From: Octopus vulgaris | Taxonomy: Eukaryota | Direction of reading: 5' to 3' | Length of the DNA stretch: 64,000 bases | Assembly: GCA_951406725.2 (NCBI GenBank) | Contig: OX597842.1 | Location: 16,244,001-16,308,000 of the forward strand | Shown: one piece after another, positions 1-13,022 of the stretch | Layout: every line of letters begins with the position of its first letter | Position numbering within the stretch: the stretch's first letter is position 1 | The notes under the pieces: model-generated | The model's input: only the letters and a program-made list of their open reading frames with translations | Database searches by the model: none | What the model was told of the DNA's origin: nothing | Position numbers and translations under genes: made by a program

Positions 1-13
1 TATTTCCCTTACA

Positions 14-43
14 AACCTGAGCAACGCCGGGCGATACTGCTAG
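14..43 (+). mobile_element. Helitron-like 3' terminus
   Basis: GC-rich hairpin followed by CTAG|T; near-identical to the end of the 51315-51703 element. Confidence 0.55.
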
Positions 44-61
44 TCTCCTATAAAATTAATT

Positions 62-288
62 GCTGGCAGAAACGTTAGCACGCCGGGCGAAATGCTTAGC
101 AGTATTTCGTCTGCCGCTACGTTCTGAGTTCAAATTCCGCCGAGGTCGACTTTGCCTTTCATCCTTTCGGGGTCGATTAAATAAGTACCAGTTACGCACT
201 GGGGTCGATATAATCGACTTAATCCGTTTGTCTGTCCTTTGTCCTCTCTGTGTTTAGCCCCTTGTGGGTAGTAAAGAAATAGGTATTT
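62..288 (+). mobile_element. tRNA-derived SINE, family B (GGCGGCGAGCTGGCAGAA head; GTCGACTTTGCCTTTCATCCTTTCGGGGTCGATAAA core, MetaSINE-like)
   Basis: Pol III B-box-like GAGTTCAAATTCC. Further copies at about 15575-15777(-), 16290-16432(-), 29233-29466(+), 29831-30056(-), 36513-36746(+), 40803-41029(-), 45355-45583(-). Confidence 0.8.
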
Positions 289-957
289 ACTACATCTAAA
301 TGATATTTATAAATAGCCCCAATATGCAACGTTCTCATATCACGTGCCAATATGGCCAGAGAAATACGGCCTATCACACCACTCCGCCAGACGCCATCAA
401 ACGCAATCGGGCACGCACGCACACAAACACACTGAGAAGGGAAATGACAAATAATTATAATTCTGTATAATTCGATCAGAACTTCTTATTCGGATGTAAG
501 TGCATTGAATTCTCTGTGCAAAATGTACGACCAGTCACGATTACAAACACCAGCAACAACAGTGTATACTACATGATAATACTACCTCAAGATCACCGAA
601 ACTGGGAGTGAGTGTGTGAAGTTCAGAGATATTGAACCCGCTATTGGCTACTACTAATGATCTTGTTGAGCTCGTAGAACAGCGGAACTTGCTTCCAGGT
701 TGACTCAGGACAAGTACTTCATTCATACCACCCTAAGTACAGCCAAGTTTGTTGGAGAAGGAGAAAGGAAGAGGCCACAAGTAAGCTCGTGAGTTCGATT
801 CGTGGACAGAGGGGAACCGTGTGTTCTTGAACAAGGCACTTCATTTTACGTTGCTCCAGTCTACTCAGATGAAACTGTGTAACCAGCCTATTGCCGGTCA
901 TCTTTCTCTCCTTTCAAATGTGTAATCATCGTTGTTCTGCTAAGTCAAAGATGACTG

Positions 958-1110
958 GAGGCACATGACCTAGTGATTAGAGCAGCGGACTCGCGGTCGA
1001 GGGATCGCGGGTTCGAATCTCAAACCGGGCGATGTGTGTGTTTATGAGCGAAATACCTAAGCTCCACGCGACTCCGCCAGAAGGTTATGGCGAACTTCTG
1101 CTGACTCTTT
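958..1110 (+). mobile_element. tRNA-derived SINE, family C (5' part)
   Basis: A-box/B-box head (GGTTCGAATC); related copy at 8035-8260. Confidence 0.7.
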
Positions 1111-1192
1111 CTGCTACTTGGCCATCCTGGCTTTAGGTGAGGGCTATGAATATATTTATAACAAAAAGGAAGGAAGGAACATTTGAATTTAC

Positions 1193-1284
1193 CTCATCGC
1201 CTGTACAGTGTGTCACTTCCGATTCATTACACTTCATCCCTGAACATGTTTGACACAGCAAATTCCGTTGAAATAACGAATAAT
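1193..1284 (-). CDS. Cys-rich exon (92 nt): NYSLFQRNLLCQTCSGMKCNESEVTHCTGDE, resembling the start of a Ly6/uPAR (three-finger) domain
   Basis: TAG acceptor in phase 1 joins the LRRCT exon in frame; GAG|GTAAAT donor, phase 0; LxCxxC-x4-C-x7-C spacing. Domain call is by eye. Confidence 0.75.
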
Positions 1285-2523
1285 CTATGCAATACAATAA
1301 AATATCCATATTTAAGAACTTGATATGTGATGTATAAGAAAAAGAAAAAATATTTACTTTGTGGTTTAAAGCAAATGTAAAAGTGTTAAGGTTGGACTCA
1401 ATACATGTGAGATATTTAAATTAAGTTCTCAATCAAGACTACAAAAGAATGTTACGATTTTCACTTGCAATTGTTTCAGTTTTGTCCCAAATTAAACAAA
1501 GAAAATTACGAAAGCTACTTGATGGCCTTTTCTATTTCTGTTCTTCTCTCACAAAAAGTGCGAAAATTGTGGAAGAAATCAAATAAAGGGAGATAATTCT
1601 AAAATGGTGATTATGCTTTTGTAGAAGGAAAACCTTTATGAAATCTGTGAATGTCATTAAAATTTCGTAACAACTAATTAAAATATAATCGTTGATTTAA
1701 TGAGGCCGCCTCTAAGTGGTGACTCGACCTACTCAAATAGTAGCCAAAGCACACACTTTATTATCAAATCAGAAACACCACGCGATATTATGTAATCTTC
1801 GAAAATCTCAGTCGAATACTGGATGGTCACAGATGGACTGTCTATGGTATATGAATTGACCACAACAATTTTGAATAAATAGAAACAATATCACTCATGA
1901 TTTTCTTTGAAATATATATGTTTATGTATGTGTACTTAAGTATATCTGTGTGTGTATCTGTGGATATATATATTTTTTCCAATTTAACGTAACCACCTGA
2001 ATATTTGGCTGTCCCTCCCAGAATCAACTCTGTTGTAAGCATTCCAGGTGTGTCTATGGTTTGAGGGTATTTTCCTCCTTTCCATCCACCAATCAAAAAA
2101 GTCTTATAAATGGCCGAGGGCACTTACTGTCCACAGGACTAAGCGCTAAAGGTTGTACGTCTGGCAGCACGAGATATATGTGTGTGCGTGTATGTGTACA
2201 TATATATGTATGTATATATAGGGAGAGTTTACGAAAAGAACAAAACACGAAGACAGGTGGTGTACAAAACAAACAAATGTATTAGTATAACGGTCAGGAA
2301 TAGAACAAGTCTTTTACGTTTCGAGCCTTTGCTCTTCTACAGAAAGGGTCACCGAAAAAACAAGGAGAGAAAAAATGTGTGTAGTGGCTAACGATATATA
2401 TTAACTTGCTCTCTCGTTTTTCGACACTTGTGTAATAATAATAGGGATAATATTTAGCGTCTCCTTTCAGCATATAGGCAAGAATTTTTTCTATGCCCTT
2501 ACTTTTAATTGTATATATACATA

Positions 2524-2893
2524 GGCGCAGGAGTGGCTGTGTGGTAAGTAGCTCGCTTACCAACCACATGGTTCTGGGTTCAATCCCATTGCGTGGCACC
2601 TAGGGAAAGTGCCTTCTACTATAGCCTCGGGCCAACCAAAGCCTTGTGAGTGGATTTGGTAGACGGAAACTGAAAGAAGCCCGTCGTATATATGTATATG
2701 TATATATATGTATGTGTGTGTATATGTTTGTGTGTTTTCGTCCCCGTAACCTAGCGGTTCGGCAAAAGACACCGATATAATAAGTACTAGGCTTACAAAG
2801 AATAAGTCCTGGGGTCGATTTGCACAATAAAAGGCGGTGCTCCAGCATGACCGCAGTGAAATGACTGAAACAAGTAAAAGAGAGTAAAAGAGT
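2524..2893 (+). mobile_element. tRNA-derived SINE, family A (internal (TA)n/(TG)n tract, AAAAGAGT tail)
   Basis: GGCGCAGGAGTGGCTGTGTGGTAAG head with GGTTCAATCCC B-box; more than 12 similar copies across the window. Confidence 0.85.
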
Positions 2894-3320
2894 ATATGTG
2901 TGTGTTTGACTGTGTCTGTGTGTCCATGCATATACATACACTCTCTCCTGACGACCTCATAAGCCTACTAGTGTCCGGGGTGCGGAGTTTTCAACTGGTA
3001 GCACTTGTGTCCGCAAAAGTTATCTGTCTATAATTGATACGCAGTAAAATGGATCGCACCAACGTGGAAGGAATTGTTTTGCACTCGAGAACAAAACGCC
3101 TGTCTGGAAATCGAAACCGAGATATTTCAATCGTGAGTGAAACACCTGAACCTGGTGCTTTCACTTAGAGTCCAACATTGCAAGTAGCTGGCGTTCCATT
3201 CAATGGTGAGGGTAAGCATGAAAATCAAATGGAAGGTAACAAGTTTAATATTTCTGCAAACATCAATGTGAGGAATTTGCTGTATTTTAGGAGGGTCATT
3301 ATGCCAAAATACTCTCTCTT

Positions 3321-3531
3321 TTACTCTTTTACTCTTTTACTTGTTTCAGTCATTTTACTGCGGCCATGCTGGAGCACCGCCTTTAATCGAGCAAATCGAC
3401 CCCGGGACTTATTCTTTTGTAAGCCCAGTACTTATTCTATCGGTCTCTTTTGCCGAACCGCTAAGTGACGGGGACGTAAACACACCAGCATCGGTTGTCA
3501 AGCAATGCTAGGGGGACAAACACTGACACAC

Positions 3532-3592
<61 letters not shown>

Positions 3593-3889
3593 TGCGACAG
3601 GCCTCTTTCAGTTTCCGTCTACCAAATCCACTCACAAGGCATTGGTCGACCCGGGGCTATAGCAGAAGACACTTGCCCAAGATGCCACGCAGTGGGACTG
3701 AACCCGGAACCATGCGGTTGGTAAGCAAGCTACTTACCACACAGCCACTCCATTTGACTGTGGCAATTCGACCCCGGGACTTATTCTTTGTAAATCCTAG
3801 TACTTATTCTATGGGTCTCTTTTGCCGAACCGCTATGTTACGGAGACGTAAAAACGCCAACATCGGTTGTTAAGCGATGTTGGGGAGGA

Positions 3890-3890
<1 letters not shown>
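3321..3890 (-). mobile_element. SINE family A, full copy plus adjacent partial copy
   Basis: Reverse complement of 2524-2893. Confidence 0.85.
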
Positions 3891-3965
<75 letters not shown>

Positions 3966-4172
3966 ACCGGCCCTTATGAGCCAGGCATGGCTTGAGAAGG
4001 AACAAACATCTAAAAAAATACCTCAAGAGGATGAAAAGCAAAGTCGACCTGGACGTAAATTGAACTCAGACCGTAACGATGTATGAAATGTCGCTAGGTA
4101 GTTTATCCGGCCTGTCAACGATTGTACTGTCAGTGATAATAATGAAATAAAAACAAGGAAGATTTTACTAAC

Positions 4173-4342
4173 TTTTACATTGTGAGTATTCCATTATAGG
4201 TATTACTTTGGTTTGGTTATTGCCAATATCTGCCTGACACTTGCCTTCGACCTTCATATGTCTGTTGAACTTTGTTTTCACATAATTTACCAAGGCTGGC
4301 AGATGACATCCACACATCATATCTCTATTATTGCTGAAGTCA
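4173..4342 (-). CDS. LRR C-terminal cap exon (170 nt): DFSNNRDMMCGCHLPALVNYVKTKFNRHMKVEGKCQADIGNNQTKVIPIMEYSQCK
   Basis: CAG acceptor in phase 2, compatible with the LRR exons; CxC-x23-C-x20-C LRRCT-like pattern; GTTAGT donor, phase 1. Confidence 0.85.
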
Positions 4343-4777
4343 CTGCAATTATAAACAGAATATGCTTTAAAGATATAGAGTATCGTCTGTTGTATTTGAC
4401 AAGAAAGAAGGATAATATAATTCCAGCAAAAGTATAGAAGTAATGGCATTGATGTTTTGTTCCAAAAGGTGTTAGTAACAGCAATAAAGTGAAATGGTTT
4501 CTGGTGGAAAATGTTAAATTTGAGTTATTACTCTCTCTCATAGCTTACGTATTGAGTAATAAAGTCCCTTTACGTAAGGTGAAAATTTAGAGCCATTTAA
4601 ACTAATCCCTTTATATCATAGAATAGGGACGATTTGGTGGCAGAGATTTGGTGCCGCTGTTGTAGAGCAAAGCTGTTTTAAACAGGTTGTTTTGTTGCTA
4701 AGGATTTTTTGTTTTTAGCCAACATAACATCTGATCTCAAAGATGGAGATGAACCAATGCAGAATCTGAAAGAGTAC

Positions 4778-5255
4778 ATCATCATCATTGTTCGACCGTA
4801 GTCGAGACAAGGGAATTTATTATCTTACGCCAGACTTCCCGATCCATCATAGCTTTACGGAGGTCCTGTTGCTTGATGCCTGTATCCCTAGAGATTACAT
4901 CAGGGTAGAAGAGTGTGCGCCGTCTGGTATCGCGAGCAGATAGCTTCTAGAGTAGAAGAGTAAAAGTTACCTCGTTTTCAGCTCTACAACAATGTCCTGC
5001 AAACTGGACTCTTCTACCTTTCACAAGAGGTGATACAGGTGGTAGTTTCCCATATATTTGTACTTTGGTTGGATGACGCTTCCACGAGAGATTTTGATCT
5101 CTCATAAGGAGGCGAGTGTAGGTTCCACCAAACCGCCTCTCAAGCTTCTTTGATAACGTCCAGGTTTCTGAGCCATATAGTAGAATTGGTTCAACTGTGG
5201 CTTTGAAGATTTTAAGTTTGCAATCTCTATTTAGATTTGATGACCATGTCTTATG
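4778..5255 (-). mobile_element. RTE-like LINE 3' fragment, degenerate
   Basis: Minus strand reads KLKIFKATVEPILLYGSETWTL...RVQFAGHC...AMMDREVWR, followed by an (ATG)n tail. Confidence 0.75.
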
Positions 5256-7067
5256 TATATAAAACCGAGTTTATGCATTATAGAAACATATAAAAATTCT
5301 CATAATTATAGAGAAGGAAAATGAATTAATATATATAATTCGATATAGTAATTTAAATATGTCCATTCTTTTTTAGTACTAATAACGATAATAATGTTTC
5401 GTAGAGATTATATATCATGTAATGAACGATAACTATTTCCTTATTTCAATACATTTTAATATTTTCCACAGCAGAAGTCCATAACAGTCTCTCGAAGGTA
5501 TTCCAGAATTGATACCAACAGTAACAAAACCTCGGGGGTCAAGCGAGTGAAATTCCAAGAGGAGTATTTTCAAGAAAACCCAATAAAATATTTGAAATCT
5601 ACAAATGGTGGGTACTTTGTGTCCCCAAAGGTTGGATAACTTTTGAACACACCTCGTATTTCCGACCCTGGATGAAATTATATTAAACCAGCCTTCATGC
5701 TATTTCAACACTGGTGTTGCAATCACAAAACACAATACTCAGAAATATCCATGGCAACCCACTAAAATTAAAACCAACACAAGACTATTTATTGTCAACT
5801 ATATTAAATAACTGTGAATTTGATGACATCTTTTCATGATTTTAGTTTGATGACATCTTTTTATGAGTTTAATTTGATGACATCTTTTTATGTGATTACA
5901 AAGTGTTTTGGTTTTCCAATAAAGAAAGATTCGTTGTACATACATGTAAATAATACGGGGAAGGAATAAGAACGCGCCATTCTCAGAGATTTGTATTCCG
6001 TTGCTCACAAAAGATCTAGAAGAATGAAACAAATATTGTATTAGTTAAAATACGCAAAAGTTAATAAATCTGTTTGCTGTCGCTCATATACTGTCTAAAC
6101 TAAGATAATAAAATCTTTCGTTCACTGCAAAGTTCTTTATTTCTCTATGATTTTTCTGTCTGTGTAGTTTGGAGGACAAGAGTAGTTTCCATTAATATAA
6201 ATTAGATATCCTAAGGGAAGAGGAAATCTTCTGTGATACTCGATTAACAAAAGATGGAAGATTATAAGCGATAAGAACAACAAAACAACAACAAGATTTT
6301 GTTGTGTGGGTTTTACATAACATTCACATTTAATATACAAATATTATTTTCCATATATATTCCAGTAGCAATTTAATGGCATTATTGCAAAAAAAAGATC
6401 ATAAATAACTTAAACACTTAAGAATAGTTCACGTCTTTAAGATCCATATTCAAAAGGTATGTAATAATTGATGTTCATCTTTGGAACTTTGTAGAGAAAA
6501 TAGATATCCTTCATAGTATCGGTCCATAGACTGTTGGATTCTACTTTATGGGAAATAATACTTGAATGTCTTATAGTACATAAATTCTAGAAAATTGGAA
6601 AACTTGCAAAGTACTATGTAGTATAATGAAGGACCGTAAGTACATTATTTATAATGACATAATATATATTCCATCATCACATCATTTATATTCCATCCCC
6701 AACACAAGGTTCTGAGTGCAAGAAAAATTTGTTAATATTATAGTTCTGCACACACTGAAACACTTCACAACAAATTAAAATTCTTTCTGAGGAATTACAA
6801 CCGTATTTCGTGGTCTGCTACCACAATAGCTCCTTTATATGATCCAGTTACCTCAAGACATCATCAGGAGGAACCATATCTGGTCTCGGCCCTATTCCTC
6901 TACAGTTTTGACGTGGCGGGCCCCCTTTGACTTTCCTAACATGAGAGGTCAGAGAGAGATATCTGTGTCAAATCCTTATGGAAATATATTCGAAAATCTT
7001 TTAAGATAAGCGGATCAAGTAGAAAAAGAATTGGAAGGAGAAGATGAATTGGAAGAAGAAGAAGAAG

Positions 7068-7099
<32 letters not shown>

Positions 7100-7494
7100 C
7101 AAGAAAAAGAAGAAGAAGATCTATAATAGTTGGAAGGGGTTGAAAAATGTCATTACAATATACTCTTGAATATGTAATTAAAAAGGAGAGTCATGGATGG
7201 TAATAACCGTCGATCTAGAGATGCGCACAGTAAATGATATACAGGTAGAGATACAAACGCAAATCGATAATACGTATACATTCACTCATACACAAAGACA
7301 CAGACGTATAAACATACATACACGAAATGTTATACATGTCAATACACATATTCACGTCACTCACAGACACACCTATTTACAGACATTCGCAAACAATCAC
7401 GGATTTCTATCGAAAAAGAGAGAGAATGTAAAGAGAGCGAAGGACGGGATGCGAAACAAAATGGGAAGACTTTAAATATTTACTAATATATTCT

Positions 7495-7707
7495 GTTGTG
7501 TCTGCGGAGAGTCATTTTCTTTTTGTATTATTATTTTCCTAAAATTTTCGTTGCGTCTTGCAAATAAGAAATAAGTGGAAATTTTACCGGTGAATGTGTT
7601 AGATTATAAGGCACAAAAAGAAAATGACTCTCCCCAGACACAACAAAATATGCTTCAACACACGAACTCATATAAAGAATCTTGCAAACCAAATCCAAAA
7701 ACGAAAT
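7495..7707. mobile_element. Palindromic (fold-back) interspersed repeat, internally deleted copy
   Basis: GTTGTGTCTG.GGAGAGTCATTTTC ... GAAAATGACTCTCCCCAGACACAAC inverted arms; related copies at 21860-22175 and 38830-38965. Confidence 0.7.
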
Positions 7708-7753
7708 AGTAATATATCGTTAATGAGATATCAACAAGATTTATCCAACTTAC

Positions 7754-7825
7754 AGACATTTTAAATTGCGCAGATTATCGAAGGATCCTATTTGAATTTT
7801 CTTGATATTATTTCCTCCCAAATAT
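7754..7825 (-). CDS. LRR exon 11 (72 nt): YLGGNNIKKIQIGSFDNLRNLKCL
   Basis: CAG/GTAAGT boundaries, CTAAC branch point, phase 2-2, LRR consensus. Confidence 0.9.
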
Positions 7826-8034
7826 CTGTAACATAAAAAGTTAGTTGGTAAAACAACGCGGAGAAGTGTTTAATACTAGTAGTTCTGGTAATAATAGTAG
7901 TTGTAGAATAAGTAAAGTGGAGTTGGTGCTGGTAGGAAGTTTAGGAAGGGAAGCAGGAAAAGGAAGAAGATGAAGAAGATAAAGAACAGGAAGGTGAACG
8001 ATATGTAATGAGTATTCGTTAGGTAAACGAATGT

Positions 8035-8260
8035 GGAGGCACATGGCCTAGTTGTTAGCGCGGTCGAGGGATCGCGGGTTCGAATCTAATGGCGAACTTC
8101 TGCTGACTCTTTCGCCACAACTTTCTCTCACGCTTTCCTCCTGCATTTTGCAGCTCACCTGCGACGGACCGGCGTCCCGTCAAAGGTGGGAAATCTATAC
8201 GCCAAGGAAACCGGGAAACCGGCCCTTATGAGCCAGGCGTGGCTTGAGAAGAAACAAGCA
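8035..8260 (+). mobile_element. SINE family C
   Basis: GGAGGCACATGGCCTAGT head with B-box; homologous to 958-1110. Confidence 0.7.
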
Positions 8261-8488
8261 AGGTAAACGAATGTTTAGAAAACAAAGAACATGAAGTGTA
8301 GAAGAAAGATATTACTTTCACAAAAACACATTCAGCCACACTGAGAGAAACTATGGAGAAAACTATAGCGAGAGAGAAAGCGAGAGAGTGAAAGTAAGTA
8401 TGTTAGATAGAGAGGAAGAGAGAATGAGGAAATAAATTTAAAGATATATGGGGAATTAGATAGTACGATAAAAAGTCACCCCACTCAC

Positions 8489-8560
8489 AATTTTTCTAAA
8501 TTCGGAAGATTTTCAAAGACACCAGGTTGAATATACATCATGTTACTGTTATCCAGATAC
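8489..8560 (-). CDS. LRR exon 10 (72 nt): YLDNSNMMYIQPGVFENLPNLEKL
   Basis: CAG/GTGAGT boundaries, phase 2-2; consensus Asn replaced by Ser. Confidence 0.85.
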
Positions 8561-8789
8561 CTGTAACGTAAGATGCAGCTCATAAAAAGACATATAGAAA
8601 ATATGATAAAAGATTTAATACTATGGCGAAGGAAATTAGATGTAAGGTAAGGAATGTAAACGGATATAAGGAGCTTGAGAAGAACGAATATGAAGGGGGA
8701 GCGAAGGAAGAAGTAGGGAAAACAGTAGAAAAAAGAAAATTAAAAAGTTATAGAAGAAAATAAAAAACGAACAAAAACGAAGAAAGATA

Positions 8790-9095
8790 AAGTAGAGGAA
8801 GAAGAAGAAGAAGAAGAAGAAGAAGAAGAAGAAGAAGAAGAAGAAGAAAAAGAAGAAGAAGAGGCAGCAGAATATATATAAGAAGAAGAAGAAGGAGAAG
8901 AAGAAGAAGATATAGAAGAAGAAGAAGAAGAAGAAGAAGAAGAAGAAGAAGAAGAAGAAGAAGAAGAAGAAGGAGAAGAAGGAGAAGAAGAAGAAGATAT
9001 AAAAGAAGGAGAAGAAGAAGAAGATATAAAAGAAGGAGAAGAAGAAGAAGAAGGACAAGAAGTGGAAGAAGAAGAAGGAGAAGGTAGAAGAAGAA
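8790..9095 (+). repeat. (GAA)n-rich intronic microsatellite
   Basis: Directly visible; similar tracts at about 7050, 14030-14235, 18330-18490, 20930, 22750-22925, 26245-26610, 27120-27920. Confidence 0.95.
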
Positions 9096-9273
9096 ATGAT
9101 AATATGAATAATGTAGTCTTATATATAGAACTTGGAGGCTGCCAGGGTAAATGTGGGATGGCAGACATCGCTGATCTGGAGAGAAAACCTTTACCTAATA
9201 ATAGAGACTGAATTACATAAAGATGTTGGTTGAGACACCCCCAACCACTCATTCATATACGGAGAGACAGATC

Positions 9274-9319
<46 letters not shown>

Positions 9320-9477
9320 TGTGTGCATGTGTGTATGCAAGCATATTTATACATACATACACGCGTATACACTCACACGCATGTATATATGTATATATAT
9401 ATAATATAAAGAAAACGTTGATTTTGAAATATAGTGGCACGGAAAGTGTCACAGTATAGAAACATTTGTAAACATAT

Positions 9478-9731
<254 letters not shown>

Positions 9732-9748
9732 CTAATGTAGGACAAAAA

Positions 9749-9930
9749 ATTTTTCAGAGAAAAAAAATTTATCCATTGCCAGCATATCAAAAATTACCTT
9801 TAAATGTTAAATTTATAAATAATATACAAAATAATTTACAAAATAATTTTGTAATTTATTTATAAATTTAACATTTAAAGGTATTTTTTGATATGCTGGC
9901 CATTGATAGAATTTTTTTCTCTGAAAAAAT
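9749..9930. repeat. Inverted repeat / hairpin with about 75-bp arms
   Basis: ATTTTTCAGAGAAAAAAA...GCCAGCATATCAAAAA.TACCTTTAAATGTTAAATTTATAAATAA is mirrored by its reverse complement at about 9856-9930. Confidence 0.85.
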
Positions 9931-10718
9931 ATATGTATGTATGTATATATACTCTTTACACTTTTACTTGTTTCAGTCATTTGACTGTCCATGCTGGAGC
10001 AACGCCTTTAGTCGAGCAAATCGATCTCAGGGCATATGTTTTGGATGTCTAGTACTTACTCTCTCGGTGTCTTTTGCCGAGCCGCTAAATTACAGGGAAT
10101 TAAACACACCGCCATCTGTTGTCAATCGCTGTGCTCAGGACTTAGTGCTTGCTTTTTCCATGGGTATGAGTAAGTATTTCATATATATCTCACGTATTTA
10201 TCGCTGAAGAAGGGACATTTCTTGTGAATTAACCCCGAAATTGGGACCAATAAGGTAATAACGGATTTTTTAGAAATTTCTATCTGTTTATTTCGAGACG
10301 CATAAATTATAATGGTTATTGACAATTTTTTTCTTTTTTTAGGCATATTTGGCATTAAAATTTATTTTGTAAATTATATATATATACATATATATACATA
10401 AACACATTTATACATGTGTATATGAACACATGTGCAGAAAAATACTTTCCCTAAAGTATCACACTCTCATATGTTCCAACACTTAGGCTCACACCCAGAT
10501 CCACAATTACTCATAAACAATTACATACAGCACCAAAGAGAGAGAGAGAGAGACAGAGAGAGAGAGACAGAGATAAATAGAGAGAGGGAGAGTGAACGAG
10601 AGGGTGTGATAGTATAGAGAAGGACGGGTGAGAGAGTTAAAAATGAAATATGGGCATCATTACATATTTAGAAATGTATCTTCAATGAAATACAATAACC
10701 ACGAATTATTCAACTTAC

Positions 10719-10790
10719 AGCGTTTTTAAGCCTGAAAGATATTGGAATAATTCTCCACTGATTTCCTTCATTTCATTACCATCCAAATAC
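10719..10790 (-). CDS. LRR exon 9 (72 nt): YLDGNEMKEISGELFQYLSGLKTL
   Basis: CAG/GTAAGT boundaries, CTAAC branch point, phase 2-2, LRR consensus. Confidence 0.9.
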
Positions 10791-11329
10791 CTGCAAAAGA
10801 AAAGTTAGTTAAGAACTTATATGGATCAGATCTGTGAGAGAATATTAAATATCATGTTTAAAGAAATGGAATATAGAAGAGATGCAGAGTAGATTACGAT
10901 GATGATAAATTGGATGCTGATGATGGGGATAATGATGGTGGTGGGTGTGATAGTGAAGTATATGATGATGAAGGGGAGGACACGAAAATATGATGGCAGT
11001 GTTGATGATGCTGACGTTATGATCGTGATAACGAGGCCTGATGTTGTTAACGGTGATTATCCTGCTAATTATGTTAATTAGCATGCTTATTGTGATGATA
11101 AATATGATATTGTGGATAATGATGTTAGTGGTTCTGCTTCTGCTGGCGACGATGGGAATGGCGTTGTGCCTCTGATCATGATGTTTTATGCTAATGGATG
11201 ATGTTGATGATGAAGAGGATAATGTTGAAGCAGACGATGTTGATGGTAGATAAATATGAAAATAAGTAAAACACGATAACGGTGATGATGAGAAAGACGG
11301 AGACGTTGATAATGATGATGGCGGCGGTG

Positions 11330-12030
11330 GTTGTGATGTGGTCGCAGATATTGCCCGACAGCCATAACAAGGTTCTCCTGTATGTTTTGCATGGTTAAAA
11401 TCCTGTTGCCAGACATAAATTCTTCCAGCATCCATCCTCCTCAACCAGGGCATCTCTACCACCTGTAGGCACTTGATGTAGGCTTCGGTGTGGAGTCTGA
11501 GGCTGTGTGGGAAGATGAATGGAAGCATAACGACACCATCGCCAGTGATCACCCCAAGCACCATGATGTTGATTGGATATTTGATTTTTATCACTCTCTG
11601 TACATGATTTGGGGACACGGCAAACCTAGGGTTTTTCTGTGTGTTAAACATCTGATCTTGGCAGAAAATTTTCTTGTCTGAGAAAAACAAAAGCATGTTT
11701 CAGGGGGATGCTTGAGTTTGTTCAAAAGCTTCGTAGGGCGATCTTTCCTTTTGTCGTTGATGGCTTGACCTAAAAATTGGCCCTTTCCCATCTTGCATGA
11801 CAAATGCCGAATGTCTTCATACTCCACCTGCCTTAAAAGAAACTCAGATATTCTCTTATCCCTGGAGATGGACCTGATTGACTTGGGGGGATTGTAGTCA
11901 ATCTTTGATTGGATCTCACCGACAAACTGAGGAGTTCTTTCTCTTATCACAACGATCAGAATGAGTTTTTCGATGCGCCGTATCTTTGTAAATATCTTTG
12001 GACTCATCTAACTCTTTCCGAATCCATCAC
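11330..12030 (-). mobile_element. Degenerate Tc1/mariner (maT/DD37D-like) transposase
   Basis: FFSDKKIFCQDQMFNTQKNPR, VLGVITGDG..LPFIF and YVWQQD motifs, split across frames. Confidence 0.75.
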
Positions 12031-12114
12031 ACTACCGGTGTATTACCTATTGATGTAAGTCAGTTGTTGTTCATGAGCACTTCTCCGTTTTCCTGCTTCC
12101 TTCATATATATATA

Positions 12115-12276
12115 GTGGCTGTGTGGCAAATAGCTTGCTAACCAACCACATGGTTCTGGGTTCAGTCCCACTGCGTGGCATCTTGCGCAAGTGTCTTCTG
12201 CTATATTCCCGGTCCGCCCAATGCCTTGTGAGTGGATTTGGTAGACGGAAACTGAAAGAAGCCTGCCGTATATATG

Positions 12277-12309
<33 letters not shown>

Positions 12310-12507
12310 TTGTCCCCCTAACATTGCTTGACAACCGATGCTGGTGTGTTTACGTCCCCGTTACTTAGCGGTTCGGCAAAAGAGACCGAAAGAATAAGTA
12401 CTGGGCTTACAAAGGATAAGTCCCGGGGTCGAGTTGCTCGACTAAAGGTGGTGCTCCAGCATGGCCGCAGTCAAATGACTGAAACAAGTAAAAGAGAGTA
12501 AAAGAGT
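12115..12507 (+). mobile_element. SINE family A
   Basis: Homologous to 2524-2893. Confidence 0.85.
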
Positions 12508-12698
12508 ATATATATATATATGAGCACATGCGTGCATAAAATATTTTCCCTAAAGTATCAAACTCGCATATATCCCAAATCTTAGAAATGTGTCCACACT
12601 CACATTTACAGTCACTTACCAATAATTTACACTTACCATCGGAGAGACACGGGGGTGGGAGAGAGACAGAAACACAGAGAGAGAGAGAGATTGTGTGT

Positions 12699-12783
<85 letters not shown>

Positions 12784-12905
12784 TGTGTGTGTTTGTGATA
12801 GTACAGGGAAGGATGGGCGAGTGAGTTTGAAATGAAATATGGGAATCCTTACATTAAGAAATATATCGTCAATTAAATACAATTAATAAGAATAATTAAA
12901 CTTAC

Positions 12906-12977
12906 AGAGTTGTCAAATTAGAAAGATATCGGAATGTTTCTCCTTTGATTTCTTTCAGCTTATTTTCACTTAAAAGC
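12906..12977 (-). CDS. LRR exon 8 (72 nt): LLSENKLKEIKGETFRYLSNLTTL
   Basis: CAG/GTAAGT boundaries, phase 2-2; also visible at the end of track ORF 12902-13084. Confidence 0.9.
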
Positions 12978-13022
12978 CTGTAAAATAAAATGTATCGATC
13001 TGATTTGTAACAGAATATTAAT

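Noticed and set aside
541-726. Cys-ending minus-strand ORF as the next exon of the LRR gene
   Set aside because: No convincing phase-0 acceptor or LU-type cysteine spacing; the CCCWC comes from a (CAA/CAG) low-complexity stretch.
958-1030. tRNA-like sequences (also the heads at 2524, 8035, 13571)
   Set aside because: They continue into SINE bodies and lack a clean cloverleaf; SINE heads, not tRNA genes.
2294-3873. Recurrent ORF family ([10 protein letters not shown]..., RCHAVGLNPEPCGW)
   Set aside because: Translations of SINE family A, not a gene family.
6795-6870. CTGATGA...GAAA hammerhead-like spacing on the minus strand
   Set aside because: Stems I and III do not pair convincingly.
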